Origin: Candidatus Liptonbacteria bacterium
Lineage (GTDB): Bacteria > Patescibacteriota > Minisyncoccia > UBA6257 > 2-01-FULL-56-20
Direction of reading: 5' to 3'
Assembly (NCBI GenBank): GCA_016204385.1
Contig: JACQKW010000015.1
Span: forward strand, 29,882 to 93,881
Length of the DNA stretch: 64,000 nt
In this document: in pieces, positions 49,726 to 59,606 of the stretch
Position numbering within the stretch: the stretch's first letter is position 1
Layout: each line of letters opens with the position of its first letter
The notes under the pieces: model-generated
Databases searched by the model: none
Told to the model about the DNA's origin: nothing
Seen by the model: only the letters and a program-made list of their open reading frames with translations
Program-made: the position numbers and the translations under genes

Positions 49726-50013
49726 CTAAGGTGGTCTCCCCTCTTGGTTATCGGCAGCTTCATCCCTCCTGATCAGGTCGTTGATGTATTCACGGATCTC
49801 CGGGGTTCCAAAGCGCCTGGCGATCAGGAGAAGCCGGGTAAAATCCTGATGCTGCACGGTAAACCTGATGTCCGCGATGCGGAGTTGCACCAAACTGTAC
49901 CACACGAATACGTTCAGGATCCGGCGAACGGTTATCGTGAGCCACACCAGGAACGCGATGGAGATGAAAAGCCAGAGGGCTCCATAGGGCACGATAAAAC
50001 TTTCTTTGAGCAC
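49726..50013 (-). CDS. Hypothetical small membrane protein
   Basis: 95 aa with an N-terminal TM helix (ALWLFISIAFLVWLTITV) and a charged C-terminus. Confidence 0.45.
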   Translation of the reverse strand: MLKESFIVPYGALWLFISIAFLVWLTITVRRILNVFVWYSLVQLRIADIRFTVQHQDFTRLLLIARRFGTPEIREYINDLIRRDEAADNQEGRPP

Positions 50014-50044
50014 GGTTCCTCCTTCTCAAGCATGCTACCCGTGA

Positions 50045-50533
50045 TTATACTCCTTTTCGCTCAAAGACAAGAAAGCGGTAGAGGTACGAGTTTTTCTCAT
50101 CTGTTTTGCCCTCTTCACGGTTCATCTCGCGCCATTCGCTCATGTTGATTTCGGGAAAAAAGATGTCTCCCTCGAACTCATGATCAATCTGCGTGATATA
50201 GAGGCGCTTGGCGAGCGGGAGCGCTTGCGAGAAGATTTCCGCACCACCGATAAAAAAAATTTCTTCCTCGCCCTTCACACGATCAAGCGCCTCATCAATT
50301 GAATGCACTATGACGCATCCGGGGGCTTCATAGTTTTTCTCCCGCGTGATGACGACATTTGTTCTGCCCGGTAGCGCCTTGCCGATTGATTCATGAGTAC
50401 GCCTCCCCATCACGATCGGGTGCCCCATCGTGATCTCTTTAAAATGCTTCAAGTCCGCCGGCAGATACCACGGAAGGCCGCCGCGCTTCCCGATCACGCG
50501 GTTTTTGCCCACCGCGACGATGATAGAAATCAT
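50045..50533 (-). CDS. folA: Dihydrofolate reductase
   Basis: MISIIVAVGKNRVIGKRGGLPWYLPADLKHFKEITMGHPIVMGRRTHESIG. Confidence 0.9.
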   Translation of the reverse strand: MISIIVAVGKNRVIGKRGGLPWYLPADLKHFKEITMGHPIVMGRRTHESIGKALPGRTNVVITREKNYEAPGCVIVHSIDEALDRVKGEEEIFFIGGAEIFSQALPLAKRLYITQIDHEFEGDIFFPEINMSEWREMNREEGKTDEKNSYLYRFLVFERKGV

Positions 50534-50627
50534 GAGAGTATCAGCGAATAACTAATCCGTACAAATATACGAATGAATTTGAGCTCTTTAATTCGTAAAT
50601 TAGTACCAATTCGCTATTGGTTGATGA

Positions 50628-51437
50628 TTAAACAGCTATCGGCGCTTTGATCGCCGGATGCGGATCGTAGTTCTTGAGCTCAAAATCCTCGTACGTGAAA
50701 TCGAAAATGGATTTCACATTAGGATTCAAGACCATTGTGGGGAGCGGCCGCGGCTCGCGCGAGAGCTGGAGATTAACCTGATCAAAATGATTCACATAAA
50801 TATGCACGTCGCCAAAGGTATGGACGAAATCCCCAAGCTCTCTCCCGGTCACGTGCGCCATCATCATCGTGAGGAGCGCGTAGGAGGCGATATTAAACGG
50901 AACGCCCAAGAAAAGGTCTGCGCTCCGCTGGTAGAGCTGGCAAGAGAGTTTGTTGTCGGCAACGTAGAACTGGAACATCGTGTGACACGGCGGAGGCGCG
51001 GTTTTCTTGCCCCGCACGAGCGCACGGAGGTCGGCAACGTTCCAACCGCTTACAATGATCCTCCGCGAGTCGGGGTTGTTGCGAATCGCATCCTCCGCCT
51101 CGGCAATTTGGTTAATCGTCGTCCCGTCCGCCGCCTCCCATCGTGTCCATTGCTTGCCGTAGATGGGACCGAGTTCGCCTTTCTCGTCTGCCCATTCGTC
51201 CCAGATATGGACGCCCTGCTCCTGCAAATACTTTACATTCGTATCCCCTTTTAAGAACCATAGGAGCTCGTGGATGATCCCTTTCATGAAAAGTTTCTTC
51301 GTCGTGACTGCGGGAAAACCGTGCGCCAAATTAAACCGAATCTGCCTGCCAAAGACGCTCACCGTATCGATCCCCGTACGGTTCGATTTTTTGACGCCGC
51401 CGCGCACATCGCAAAGGAGATCGAGGTATTGCTTCAT
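50628..51437 (-). CDS. thyA: Thymidylate synthase (ThyA)
   Basis: MKQYLDLL...DRTGIDT-like...[11 protein letters not shown]...[21 protein letters not shown]. Confidence 0.93.
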   Translation of the reverse strand: MKQYLDLLCDVRGGVKKSNRTGIDTVSVFGRQIRFNLAHGFPAVTTKKLFMKGIIHELLWFLKGDTNVKYLQEQGVHIWDEWADEKGELGPIYGKQWTRWEAADGTTINQIAEAEDAIRNNPDSRRIIVSGWNVADLRALVRGKKTAPPPCHTMFQFYVADNKLSCQLYQRSADLFLGVPFNIASYALLTMMMAHVTGRELGDFVHTFGDVHIYVNHFDQVNLQLSREPRPLPTMVLNPNVKSIFDFTYEDFELKNYDPHPAIKAPIAV

Positions 51438-51505
51438 TTCACATAATCATAGAATGCTTCCTCTCCGAAAATCAAAAACCCCCGTGCGGGGGTTTTTGGC
51501 TGTTT

Positions 51506-53164
51506 TTAGTAATCTTCTCCCATCCCGCCGCCCATGCCGCCCATTCCTCCGCCAGCTGGCGGACTTTTCTTCTCGGGGATTTCGGTAATTGCCGCGCCCA
51601 CCGTAAGGTAGTTCGCCGCGACCGAGATCGCATTCACAAACGCGGTCTTCACGACCTTCAGGGGATCAATGATGCCGGCTTCTTTGAGATCGGTGATTTT
51701 ATTGGTGACTGCATTAAACCCTTTCCATGCTTCGGATTCCTTGCGTTCGCGGAGCTGTGCAATGATCTTGTTCGGCGCCTCGCCGCTATTCATTACGATA
51801 GCGGTGAGTGGCGCCTCGAGTGCGCGCCGCAGAATCGCCTGCGCCGCGGCGATCACAGGATCCGGGTGCTTCTCGTCCCGTTCCGCGCGGAGGTTGTGCA
51901 CGTTAAAGAGCGCGATGCCGCCGCCCGGGACGATGCCCTCCTCCATCGCGGCGCGGGTTGCCGCAACCGCGTCCTCGACGCGCTGTTTTAATTCCTTCTG
52001 CGCGGTCTCCGTGGGCGCGCCCACCTTGACGACCGCGACTCCGCCCGCAAGCTTCCCGAGCCGCTCCTGCAACTTTTCCTTATCGAAATCGGAATCGGTT
52101 TTTTGGATCTGCGCCTTGATCTGGGAGACGCGCTTCGCGATCGTATCCTTATCGCCGCGGCCGCCCACGATCGTGGTCGCATCCTTGTTCGAAATCACGC
52201 GGTGCGCGTGCCCCAAGTCCTCGATCGACACACTCTCGAGCTTCCTTCCCACGTCCTCCGAGATAAACTGCCCGCCCGTCACGATCGCGACGTCCTGGAG
52301 CATTTCCTTCCTGCGGTCGCCGAATCCCGGCGCTTTGACCGCCAACACGTTGAAGACACCGCGGAGTTTGTTCACGACGAGCGTCGCAAGCGCCTCGCCT
52401 TCCACTTCGTCGGCGATAATCACCATCTCTTTTTTTCCGCTCTGCACTACCTTCTCCAAGAGCTGAAGAATATCCGTGATTGCCGATATTTTCTTGTCGG
52501 TGATCAAGATATAGGGATCTTCGAGTACCGCTTCCATCCGCTCCTGGTTCGAGATCATATAGGGCGAGACGTAGCCGCGGTCGAACTGCATTCCCTCGAC
52601 CATCTCATGCGAATTTCCGATGGTATTTGAATCCTCAACGGTGACCACGCCTTCTTTTCCGATCTTCTCCATAACCGTCGCAATGAGCTTTCCGATCTCG
52701 TCGTCCTTCGCGGAGAGCGTCGCGACTTCCTGGATCTTTTTATTCTCGTTGATGAGCTCTTTTTGCGTTTCGAGCGCCTTTAAAATGGATTCGCTTCCCT
52801 TTTTGAGCCGTTCGGCAAGGTGAATCACGTCGAATCCCTTTTCGCGGATGATCTTTTCTCCTTCGTCAATCATCGCGTGCGCGAGCACGACGGAGGTCGT
52901 CGTCCCGTCGCCCACGTTGTCGTTCGTCTTATCCGCCGCCTGTTTGATAAAGTCGGCGCCGAGATTCTCGTATTTGTCCTCGAGTTCGACTTCTTTCGCG
53001 ACGGTCACCCCGTCGAAAGTGACTTGCGGGGCGCCGTATCCTTTCTCGATCACCGCCGCGCGGCCGCGGGGCCCGAGCGTCATTCGGACCGCCGCCGCGA
53101 GCTTGTCAATCCCTTTTTTGAGCGCGATCCGCGCCTCGTCGTTAAATAGTATCTGTTTAGGCAT
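51506..53164 (-). CDS. groEL: Chaperonin GroEL
   Basis: 552 aa. AVKAPGFGDRRK and a GGM-repeat C-terminus. Confidence 0.95.
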   Translation of the reverse strand: MPKQILFNDEARIALKKGIDKLAAAVRMTLGPRGRAAVIEKGYGAPQVTFDGVTVAKEVELEDKYENLGADFIKQAADKTNDNVGDGTTTSVVLAHAMIDEGEKIIREKGFDVIHLAERLKKGSESILKALETQKELINENKKIQEVATLSAKDDEIGKLIATVMEKIGKEGVVTVEDSNTIGNSHEMVEGMQFDRGYVSPYMISNQERMEAVLEDPYILITDKKISAITDILQLLEKVVQSGKKEMVIIADEVEGEALATLVVNKLRGVFNVLAVKAPGFGDRRKEMLQDVAIVTGGQFISEDVGRKLESVSIEDLGHAHRVISNKDATTIVGGRGDKDTIAKRVSQIKAQIQKTDSDFDKEKLQERLGKLAGGVAVVKVGAPTETAQKELKQRVEDAVAATRAAMEEGIVPGGGIALFNVHNLRAERDEKHPDPVIAAAQAILRRALEAPLTAIVMNSGEAPNKIIAQLRERKESEAWKGFNAVTNKITDLKEAGIIDPLKVVKTAFVNAISVAANYLTVGAAITEIPEKKSPPAGGGMGGMGGGMGEDY

Positions 53165-53274
53165 GGTGGTAAATTTCTAATTTCTAATTGATCTAGTTCC
53201 TAATCAATAACCAATTCCTAATGACGAAAATCTGAATTAGAAATTAGGAATTAGATATTAGTCATTGCTTGCGA

Positions 53275-53565
53275 TTACTCGACAATCGCGAGCACGTCGT
53301 CCTCGTCCCCCACGAGATACTTCTTTCCGTCAATCTCAATCTCGTCCGGTCCGTACTTTTTGAAGAGCACGACATCGCCGACCTTGACCGACATTGGAAT
53401 CCGCTCGCCTTTGTCGCTTGCTTTCCCCGGCCCCACCGCGAGCACTTTTCCCCGAATCGGCTTTTCTTTCTCCGCCGTGTCCGGGATCACAATGCCCGAC
53501 TTGGTGGTTTTTTCCTCCTCCATCGGTTCGATGAAGAGGTGATTTGAGAGGGGTTTAAACTTCAT
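53275..53565 (-). CDS. groES: Co-chaperonin GroES
   Basis: [34 protein letters not shown]...GDVVLFKKY. The ORF track extends to 53592. Confidence 0.9.
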   Translation of the reverse strand: [96 protein letters not shown]

Positions 53566-53647
53566 GATGGTTAGTGATGAGAACTTAGCCATTAGGACTT
53601 GAGAAACCTTCTCTAAGTACTAACGCCTAAGTCTTAAGTTCTAGTAA

Positions 53648-53674
53648 TTAGCATTCCCGACTATAGAGTGCCAA
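53648..53674. promoter_or_regulatory. CIRCE-like operator (HrcA site) upstream of groES
   Basis: TTAGCATTC-N9-GAGTGCCAA versus the consensus TTAGCACTC-N9-GAGTGCTAA. Confidence 0.7.
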
Positions 53675-53680
53675 TTCACA

Positions 53681-53708
53681 ATTGTAGCGGGAAGCGGCAG
53701 GGTGTCAA
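53681..53708 (-). promoter_or_regulatory. groESL promoter
   Basis: Minus strand TTGACA-N16-TACAAT, just upstream of CIRCE. Confidence 0.55.
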
Positions 53709-53736
53709 CCCCCACACCTATCCATAGGTGTGGGGG
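53709..53736. mobile_element. MITE-like palindromic element (CCCCCACACC family), minimal copy 2
   Basis: cccccacacctatccataggtgtggggg, flanked by TCAA on both sides. It abuts the groES -35 box. Confidence 0.45.
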
Positions 53737-53768
53737 TCAAGGGCGGGGTGTTTTTCGAAGGCCGGGGG

Positions 53769-54434
53769 TTATACCTCCTCCACGCGCTTTCGCATGGTCT
53801 TACCCACGATTTTTCTAACCGCAAGCTTCACGCGTATGTCCCTACGCAAAACCGAAAGAACCGGTTTTACTTCTCCTTCCCGAAGTTTCCTTCTTCGCCA
53901 CGTATGGATGAACGCGAAATAGACGAATACAAGCGCCGCGTAATTTACCGCCATAAACCACGGCGTGTGCCACGGGATGCCGTTAAAGTGCCAGAACGAA
54001 ATCGGCCAAAAGACGGGCGTCGGATAGAACTGGTATGAATGGGTGCCGACGTCAATCACAATATGCAGAAGCCATCCGGACATTTCCCACACTATGCGGC
54101 GCTTTACGATATAGACGATGCTCGCGATGAGAAAAAATACGATGAGGCTATGGCTTAGCGCATAGAGAAGCGACGTAAACGGATACACCCAGAAGGTATC
54201 GAGGGGCAGGGGTTCAAATGCAAGAAGCGGCGGAAGATCCCGCGGCAATTGCGAGAACGTAACATCCTTTTGGAGTACATTCACAAAAGTCCAGATAGGA
54301 AGAATCGAGAAGGCAAAAAGATCGGGGAGCACACCGAAAAAGGTGGCGAGGCCCACGCGCAACGGTTTCTTGAGCCGCTTATTTGCCGCAGCTGCTCCCG
54401 CGCCTGCCCAGAGACCATGAGAGAGGATGTCCAT
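53769..54434 (-). CDS. Membrane-bound metal-dependent hydrolase (YdjM/DUF457-like)
   Basis: MDILSHGLWAGAG...LPDLFAF, with His-rich TM segments. Confidence 0.65.
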   Translation of the reverse strand: MDILSHGLWAGAGAAAANKRLKKPLRVGLATFFGVLPDLFAFSILPIWTFVNVLQKDVTFSQLPRDLPPLLAFEPLPLDTFWVYPFTSLLYALSHSLIVFFLIASIVYIVKRRIVWEMSGWLLHIVIDVGTHSYQFYPTPVFWPISFWHFNGIPWHTPWFMAVNYAALVFVYFAFIHTWRRRKLREGEVKPVLSVLRRDIRVKLAVRKIVGKTMRKRVEEV

Positions 54435-54439
54435 TATTG

Positions 54440-54474
54440 TCCTTAAATTCTAAATCCTAATTTCTAAATTCTAA
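54440..54474 (-). repeat. Five tandem TTAGRAN heptamers in a leader
   Basis: Plus strand tccttaa attctaa atcctaa tttctaa attctaa. Confidence 0.8.
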
Positions 54475-54492
54475 ACAAGCCTAATGTAGCGT

Positions 54493-55437
54493 TTATGCTC
54501 TTGCGGTTCCGGCTTCGGCGTGGGACTTCACCATCGAATCATAAATATTCAAGACCGCCTTGACCGCATCGCCTGCGGAAATATTGTTCTGTTTGTAGAG
54601 CACGTCGGTCACGTCTCCGACCGCCCAGATACCGGGCTCCGACGTTCGGTACGTTTGGTGATCCACGACTACCTCGCCAAATTTGTTTATTTCCACCACT
54701 CCTTTCACGATCTCCGAGTTTGGCACGATGCCGATCTCCACAAATACCCCGCCCACGGCAAGTTCCTTTTCCTGATTTAAAGCCGTATCGAGATAACGGA
54801 GGCCCGTGACCATCTTCTCGCCCTTCACCTCCAAACTCTGCGCCCTATAGATGACGTGAACGTTCTTTTCTTTTTTGATCTTGTCCTGTGTGATCTGATC
54901 TCCCCTGAGCGTATCAGAGTATTCAAGAAGATAAATCTTTGCCGCATACGGGAGAAGATCTATCGCTGCTTCGAGTCCCGCGTTGCCGCCGCCCACGACC
55001 GCCACGTCTTTTCCCTTAAAAAGCGGCGCGTCGCAGATGGAGCAGTACGCCACACCTTTGCCCTCCCATTCGTCCTCTCCCGGAATACCGAGCCTCCGTC
55101 GGCGGCTTCCCGACGCGACGAGAACATATCTCGCCTCAATTGTCTTTCCGCTTTTCGTCCGAACCACGAAACCGCTTCCCGATTTTTCCACCTTCGTCAC
55201 GAGATCGCCGTCCATTATTTCGATTCCTTCCTGCGCGCGCAGGTGCTCCTCGAGCATTTTCCCCAAATCGTAGCCGGAAACGGATTTCGTGCCGATCCAA
55301 TTCTGCACGTCGGCGGACACAAGCGACTGCCCTCCGAATGTTTCGGTCACGAGCGCGGTTTTCATTTTCTTCCGCGCGGCATATACGCCGGCGGCGACGC
55401 CGCCGGGTCCGCCTCCGATAATCACGAGGTCATACAT
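54493..55437 (-). CDS. trxB: Thioredoxin-disulfide reductase-like flavoprotein
   Basis: YDLVIIGGGPGGVAAGVYAAR FAD motif, redox CSICD, NAD(P)H motif VAVVGGGNAGLEAA. Confidence 0.82.
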   Translation of the reverse strand: MYDLVIIGGGPGGVAAGVYAARKKMKTALVTETFGGQSLVSADVQNWIGTKSVSGYDLGKMLEEHLRAQEGIEIMDGDLVTKVEKSGSGFVVRTKSGKTIEARYVLVASGSRRRRLGIPGEDEWEGKGVAYCSICDAPLFKGKDVAVVGGGNAGLEAAIDLLPYAAKIYLLEYSDTLRGDQITQDKIKKEKNVHVIYRAQSLEVKGEKMVTGLRYLDTALNQEKELAVGGVFVEIGIVPNSEIVKGVVEINKFGEVVVDHQTYRTSEPGIWAVGDVTDVLYKQNNISAGDAVKAVLNIYDSMVKSHAEAGTARA

Positions 55438-55463
55438 CGGAAATGAGAATTTTGGGCGTCTCG

Positions 55464-55703
55464 TTACGCGCTGATTCCCAGCGCATGCATGAGCCGCCGC
55501 TGATCGTACCCCACAAGTATTTCTCCCTCAATGTCGATTACCGGAACTCCCATCTGATGTGATTTCTCCATCATCTCGCGTAATGCCGCCTCGTCTTCTG
55601 CAACATTTACTTCCTCATATTGTATGTTCTGCGCGCGAAAGAATTCTTTCGCTTTCTTGCAGTACACGCACGAGGGCGTCGAATAAATCTTAATTTTTTT
55701 CAT
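55464..55703 (-). CDS. Glutaredoxin-like protein (NrdH/YruB type)
   Basis: MKKIKIYSTPSCVYCKKAKEFF CxxC motif. The longer track N-terminus is rejected. Confidence 0.8.
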   Translation of the reverse strand: MKKIKIYSTPSCVYCKKAKEFFRAQNIQYEEVNVAEDEAALREMMEKSHQMGVPVIDIEGEILVGYDQRRLMHALGISA

Positions 55704-55713
55704 GCTCCACGCG

Positions 55714-56400
55714 TTAGCTTTTGCGAAGCAGACTTTCGATGACCGTGCGGTAGCTTTCATACGGCAGGGCACCCTGTACTTGTTGGGAATTTAGGAACAC
55801 CGTGGGCGTCGCATTCACTCCCAGCGCTTGCGCCGCGCCGGCTTCACTACGTACGTCATTCGCGTAGGTATCCGCGTCATAGCATGCAGTAAATTTGTCT
55901 ACGTCCATTCCCGCCTCTCCGGCAAGCCGTATAAAAAGATCGCGATTCAAATTTCCGTTGTGCTCTTCGCCGTCCAAAATTTCCTCGCGAAATACCGCAT
56001 CGTGGAATACCCAAAATTTCTGCTCATCCTTCGCGCACGCCGCCGCCTCCGCCGCCTCAAATGATTCGGGGCCAAGAAACGCGAAGTTACGGTATACCAT
56101 TTTTAGTTTGCCGGTCCGCACGTATTCCTCGCGCAAAAGCGGTTCCACTTGGGTAAAAAGTCTTCCGCAAAACGGGCACTGGTAATCTCCATATTCGATG
56201 AAGGTGACCGGCGCGTTTGGATCCCCCAAGACCACATCGCGTCTCGTGAGTTCGAGCCCTTGGCCCGAAAGCCGGGCGAGCCCCTGATCCTCGGAGCTTT
56301 TGCCTCCCACGAGGTACAGCACGGAACCGGAAATCATCGCGCCCGCGATGAGAATGCTCACCGGCAAAAAATAGTCTTTTCGTTTGCCCTCTTCCGCCAT
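55714..56400 (-). CDS. DsbA-family thiol:disulfide oxidoreductase, membrane-anchored
   Basis: N-terminal TM helix and YGDYQCPFCGRLF CxxC motif. Confidence 0.8.
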   Translation of the reverse strand: MAEEGKRKDYFLPVSILIAGAMISGSVLYLVGGKSSEDQGLARLSGQGLELTRRDVVLGDPNAPVTFIEYGDYQCPFCGRLFTQVEPLLREEYVRTGKLKMVYRNFAFLGPESFEAAEAAACAKDEQKFWVFHDAVFREEILDGEEHNGNLNRDLFIRLAGEAGMDVDKFTACYDADTYANDVRSEAGAAQALGVNATPTVFLNSQQVQGALPYESYRTVIESLLRKS

Positions 56401-56484
56401 ACGAGATACGGTATCACACCACGAACGGCCGCGTCAATGCAGAGTATGCATGAACTCTCCACTCGACTATAATGAAGAAGCGAA

Positions 56485-57105
56485 TTGCACTACGCATATC
56501 CCTACCGTATGCCGACAGATCTCATCCTTGAATGGCTCGCGACCTATAAATACCTTGTCGTATTGCCGCTTACGCTCATCCAGGGGCCGACGGTGATGCT
56601 CGCGACAGGCTTTCTCCTGAAACTGGGGTATTTTTCCCTCCTGCCGCTCTATTTCACGCTTATGGCGGGTGATCTTATAAGCGATTTCCTCTGGTACGCC
56701 GTCGGCCGCTTCGGGGCAGGCCCTTTCCTTAGAAAATTCGGGAAATTCTTTAGCGTCAAAGACGACGCGATCAAGAAATTAGAGCATTTATTCTTAACGC
56801 ACAGAGGGAAAATTCTTTTTACTTCCAAGGTGACGACTGGTTTCGGTTTTGCCATGATAACACTCATGACCGCCGGCATGGCGCGGGTGCCCCTTAAGGA
56901 GTATGCGATCTTCAACGTCGCTGGCGGGTTTGTCTGGACGGGAATTCTAATTGCAATAGGCTACTTTTTTGGCAATCTTTACGTCGCCGTGGCGGAGAGA
57001 TTCAAAATATTGTTCGTAATCGCGCTCGTCGTAGTCGTGGCGCTTATCATTATCGGTTTCGGCCGGTTTATGAAAGAGCGGTTTCTCGCAAATCATAAAG
57101 AGTGA
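56485..57105 (+). CDS. DedA family membrane protein
   Basis: YLVVLPLTLIQGPTVMLATGFL...GRFGAGPFLRKFG, typical DedA. Confidence 0.78.
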   Translation: MHYAYPYRMPTDLILEWLATYKYLVVLPLTLIQGPTVMLATGFLLKLGYFSLLPLYFTLMAGDLISDFLWYAVGRFGAGPFLRKFGKFFSVKDDAIKKLEHLFLTHRGKILFTSKVTTGFGFAMITLMTAGMARVPLKEYAIFNVAGGFVWTGILIAIGYFFGNLYVAVAERFKILFVIALVVVVALIIIGFGRFMKERFLANHKE

Positions 57106-58328
57106 TGCCGGGCAACACAATGAGAATTGCAATTTTCTCCGACAGTTTCTATCCGGAGATTGGCGGCATTCAGGACTCCATCATCGCCCTTGGCACACAA
57201 CTTGCCGGACGGGGGCACGCTCTCTTCTACTACGTGCCCCGCCACCCCAAGCGGCATTATACAATCGCAAAGTTGCCCTACGGAGAAATCTCGCTGGGGC
57301 CCAATATTCACATACGTCGTTTCTTCGCGGTTCCCTATCCGGGCCCCACGCGACAGGCGAGCGCCGTAATTCCGACTGGTCTCCGCTGGATCGCGATGCA
57401 AAAAGAAAAATTCGACGTAATCCACACCCAAACATTTTTCGGGGTCGGCCTCGAGGCGCTCGCGGCGGCAAAATTTCTCCGCGTTCCGATTGTGGGCACA
57501 AACCATTGGGCGATATCGGAATTCAAGCATTACAGCCCGATTGCGAGAGAACTTTTTTCCCGATGGAGCGTGCGCTACGCGAGCTGGTATTACAACCACT
57601 GCAGCTACGTCACCGGGCCATCGCGCTCCGTCATCGGCGAAATGATAAAGAACGGCCTCACGCGCCCGCACGGAGTAGTTTCAAATCCCATTGATACTGC
57701 GACGTTCCGCCCCGTCACTCCCAAGAAAAAGGGTGAGTTAAAAAAGAAACTCGGACTCTCCCGTGCAACCATTGTGTATGCCGGAAGACTCGCACAAGAG
57801 AAAAAAATCGACGTGATCCTGCGTGCCATCCCTCTCATCAAGAAAAAAATCCCCGCAATCACGCTCGCAATCGCGGGACACGGCAGCGCACTGCCGGAAC
57901 TTCGGCAAATGATAACACGCACGAACATCGAACGGGAAGTGAAGTTTTTCGGGACGCTCAGCAAACCGCTCCTTGCCGAACTCTACCAGGCATCGGAGGT
58001 GTTCGTGATCATGAGCACATCGGAGACGCAGAGCATGGTGCTCCTCCAGGCCATGGCGTGCGGCCTGCCGGCCATCGCCGCCGACTGGCGGGCGCTCCCC
58101 GAGTACGTGAACGAAAACAACGGTTTTCTCGTCCCGCCGGGAAACGAGCGGTTGCTTGCCGAACGTTTCACCCATCTTATGGGAAACCCAGCGCTTCGCG
58201 AGTCGTTAGGGAAAGGGGCGCACGCATCGGTCCAGAATTTCTCTCCCGAGAAGATCGCGGCGAGGTGGGAAACGATCTACGATAACGCAATTAAAAACTT
58301 TGGACACGCTGCTCCCCAAAACCCTTAA
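57102..58328 (+). CDS. Glycosyltransferase family 4 (GT-B)
   Basis: MRIAIFSDSFYPEIGGIQD N-terminus and a C-terminal E-x7-E-like region (STSETQSMVLLQAMACGLPAI). Confidence 0.85.
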   Translation: MMPGNTMRIAIFSDSFYPEIGGIQDSIIALGTQLAGRGHALFYYVPRHPKRHYTIAKLPYGEISLGPNIHIRRFFAVPYPGPTRQASAVIPTGLRWIAMQKEKFDVIHTQTFFGVGLEALAAAKFLRVPIVGTNHWAISEFKHYSPIARELFSRWSVRYASWYYNHCSYVTGPSRSVIGEMIKNGLTRPHGVVSNPIDTATFRPVTPKKKGELKKKLGLSRATIVYAGRLAQEKKIDVILRAIPLIKKKIPAITLAIAGHGSALPELRQMITRTNIEREVKFFGTLSKPLLAELYQASEVFVIMSTSETQSMVLLQAMACGLPAIAADWRALPEYVNENNGFLVPPGNERLLAERFTHLMGNPALRESLGKGAHASVQNFSPEKIAARWETIYDNAIKNFGHAAPQNP

Positions 58329-59539
58329 CCGCGCCCGGATTCCGCGATCAGCTTGCCAAGCACGCGCTCCCATTGATCGAGAGAGCGGTTAAGGTCGTGA
58401 TTTTTGATCTCCTCGAGCGTATTGCGTTTCATCTTTTTCCAAAGATTCTTGTGTTTTAAAATTTTAACCACCGCATCGGCGAACGCTTTTTTATCCCCAT
58501 TCTTCACTAAAAATCCGTTGTACCCGCTCCTCACGAGATCCCTCATCCCCCGCGCATCAATGCCGACGCACACCACGCCATTCGCCTGTGCCTCCAGGAC
58601 GGTGAGCGGCTGATTCTCCGTCACCGACGCCGTCACAAAAATGTCGGACGCGCCCAGTATGGACGATTTCACAAAGCGCGCGTATTCTATCTCGCCCGAG
58701 AGAACAACACTGTCTGCCAAGCCCAGATGCCGAATCTTTTCCTTCACCTCATCCGTCTGGGGCCCGCCCCCGACGATCAGGAGTTTAGCGTTGTGAATCT
58801 CGCGAACGACTAATCGAAAGCAATCCAGGAGATAGAATATGTTTTTTTCGTGCGCAACTCTCCCCACAAACAGAAGCAGGGGCCCGTGAGGATTATATTT
58901 CAGCTTTACTTCTTTGGCCTTGGCATTGCTGAACACGCGTCTGTCTATTCCGTTTGAGATCACCTCGATAGCGCTCTTGAATCCGTGTTTCAATAGATCT
59001 TTCTTGGTTTCTTGCGAGGGCGAGGTGACAAGATCGCATCGGTTGTAAAAAAATTTGCTGTACTCCCAGAACAACCGCTCCGTTGCCCGGTGGTTCAAGT
59101 GCGCATGCTTCAAATATCCCGGGTCCGCAAAAAAAGTGTGGAACGTTCCGACCAGGGGAAGCTTGAGCAGTCGGGACAGAATGACCGCTTCGAGGCCCAA
59201 GGTGATAGGCGAGGGAAAATGGATGAGCTGTATTTTTTCTTCTCGTAAATAATTCAGAATGCGGAAGCTAAAGAAAGAAGTGAGTTTGAAATGCTCGTAA
59301 AAAAGCGCGGGTATTCCAAACACTCTTCTTACCACGACGTTTTTGTGCTCAAACGCCCGTGCGCCGCGGCGGTATCGCGGCGCAATGACGTATATTTTGT
59401 GCCCCCGGTCCGCAAGCCCTTTGATTAAGTTAAGAGTGGCGATCACCACGCCATTCACCTGCGGAGGGAAGTTGTCGGTAAATATCGCTATTCTCATGGG
59501 CGCCGAGCGGAACGCAGTTTTCTTCATTATATCACTCAT
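58325..59539 (-). CDS. Glycosyltransferase family 4 (GT-B)
   Basis: MRIAIFTDNFPPQVNGVV and VTENQPLTVLEAQANGVVCV. Confidence 0.85.
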   Translation of the reverse strand: MSDIMKKTAFRSAPMRIAIFTDNFPPQVNGVVIATLNLIKGLADRGHKIYVIAPRYRRGARAFEHKNVVVRRVFGIPALFYEHFKLTSFFSFRILNYLREEKIQLIHFPSPITLGLEAVILSRLLKLPLVGTFHTFFADPGYLKHAHLNHRATERLFWEYSKFFYNRCDLVTSPSQETKKDLLKHGFKSAIEVISNGIDRRVFSNAKAKEVKLKYNPHGPLLLFVGRVAHEKNIFYLLDCFRLVVREIHNAKLLIVGGGPQTDEVKEKIRHLGLADSVVLSGEIEYARFVKSSILGASDIFVTASVTENQPLTVLEAQANGVVCVGIDARGMRDLVRSGYNGFLVKNGDKKAFADAVVKILKHKNLWKKMKRNTLEEIKNHDLNRSLDQWERVLGKLIAESGRG

Positions 59540-59606
59540 GCCACCGTAGAAGAGCGATTACGCAGGCTTTACAAAAATCTCGCGACAACAGAGAATAATC
59601 AACACA

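Noticed and set aside
49678-50148. 156-aa plus-strand ORF starting METVQEK inside palindrome C, and the analogous METV... frame at palindrome A
   Set aside because: The ATG is created by the palindrome arm (ataATGGAAACAG). The ORF is antisense to a more plausible minus-strand small gene and to folA's 3' flank.
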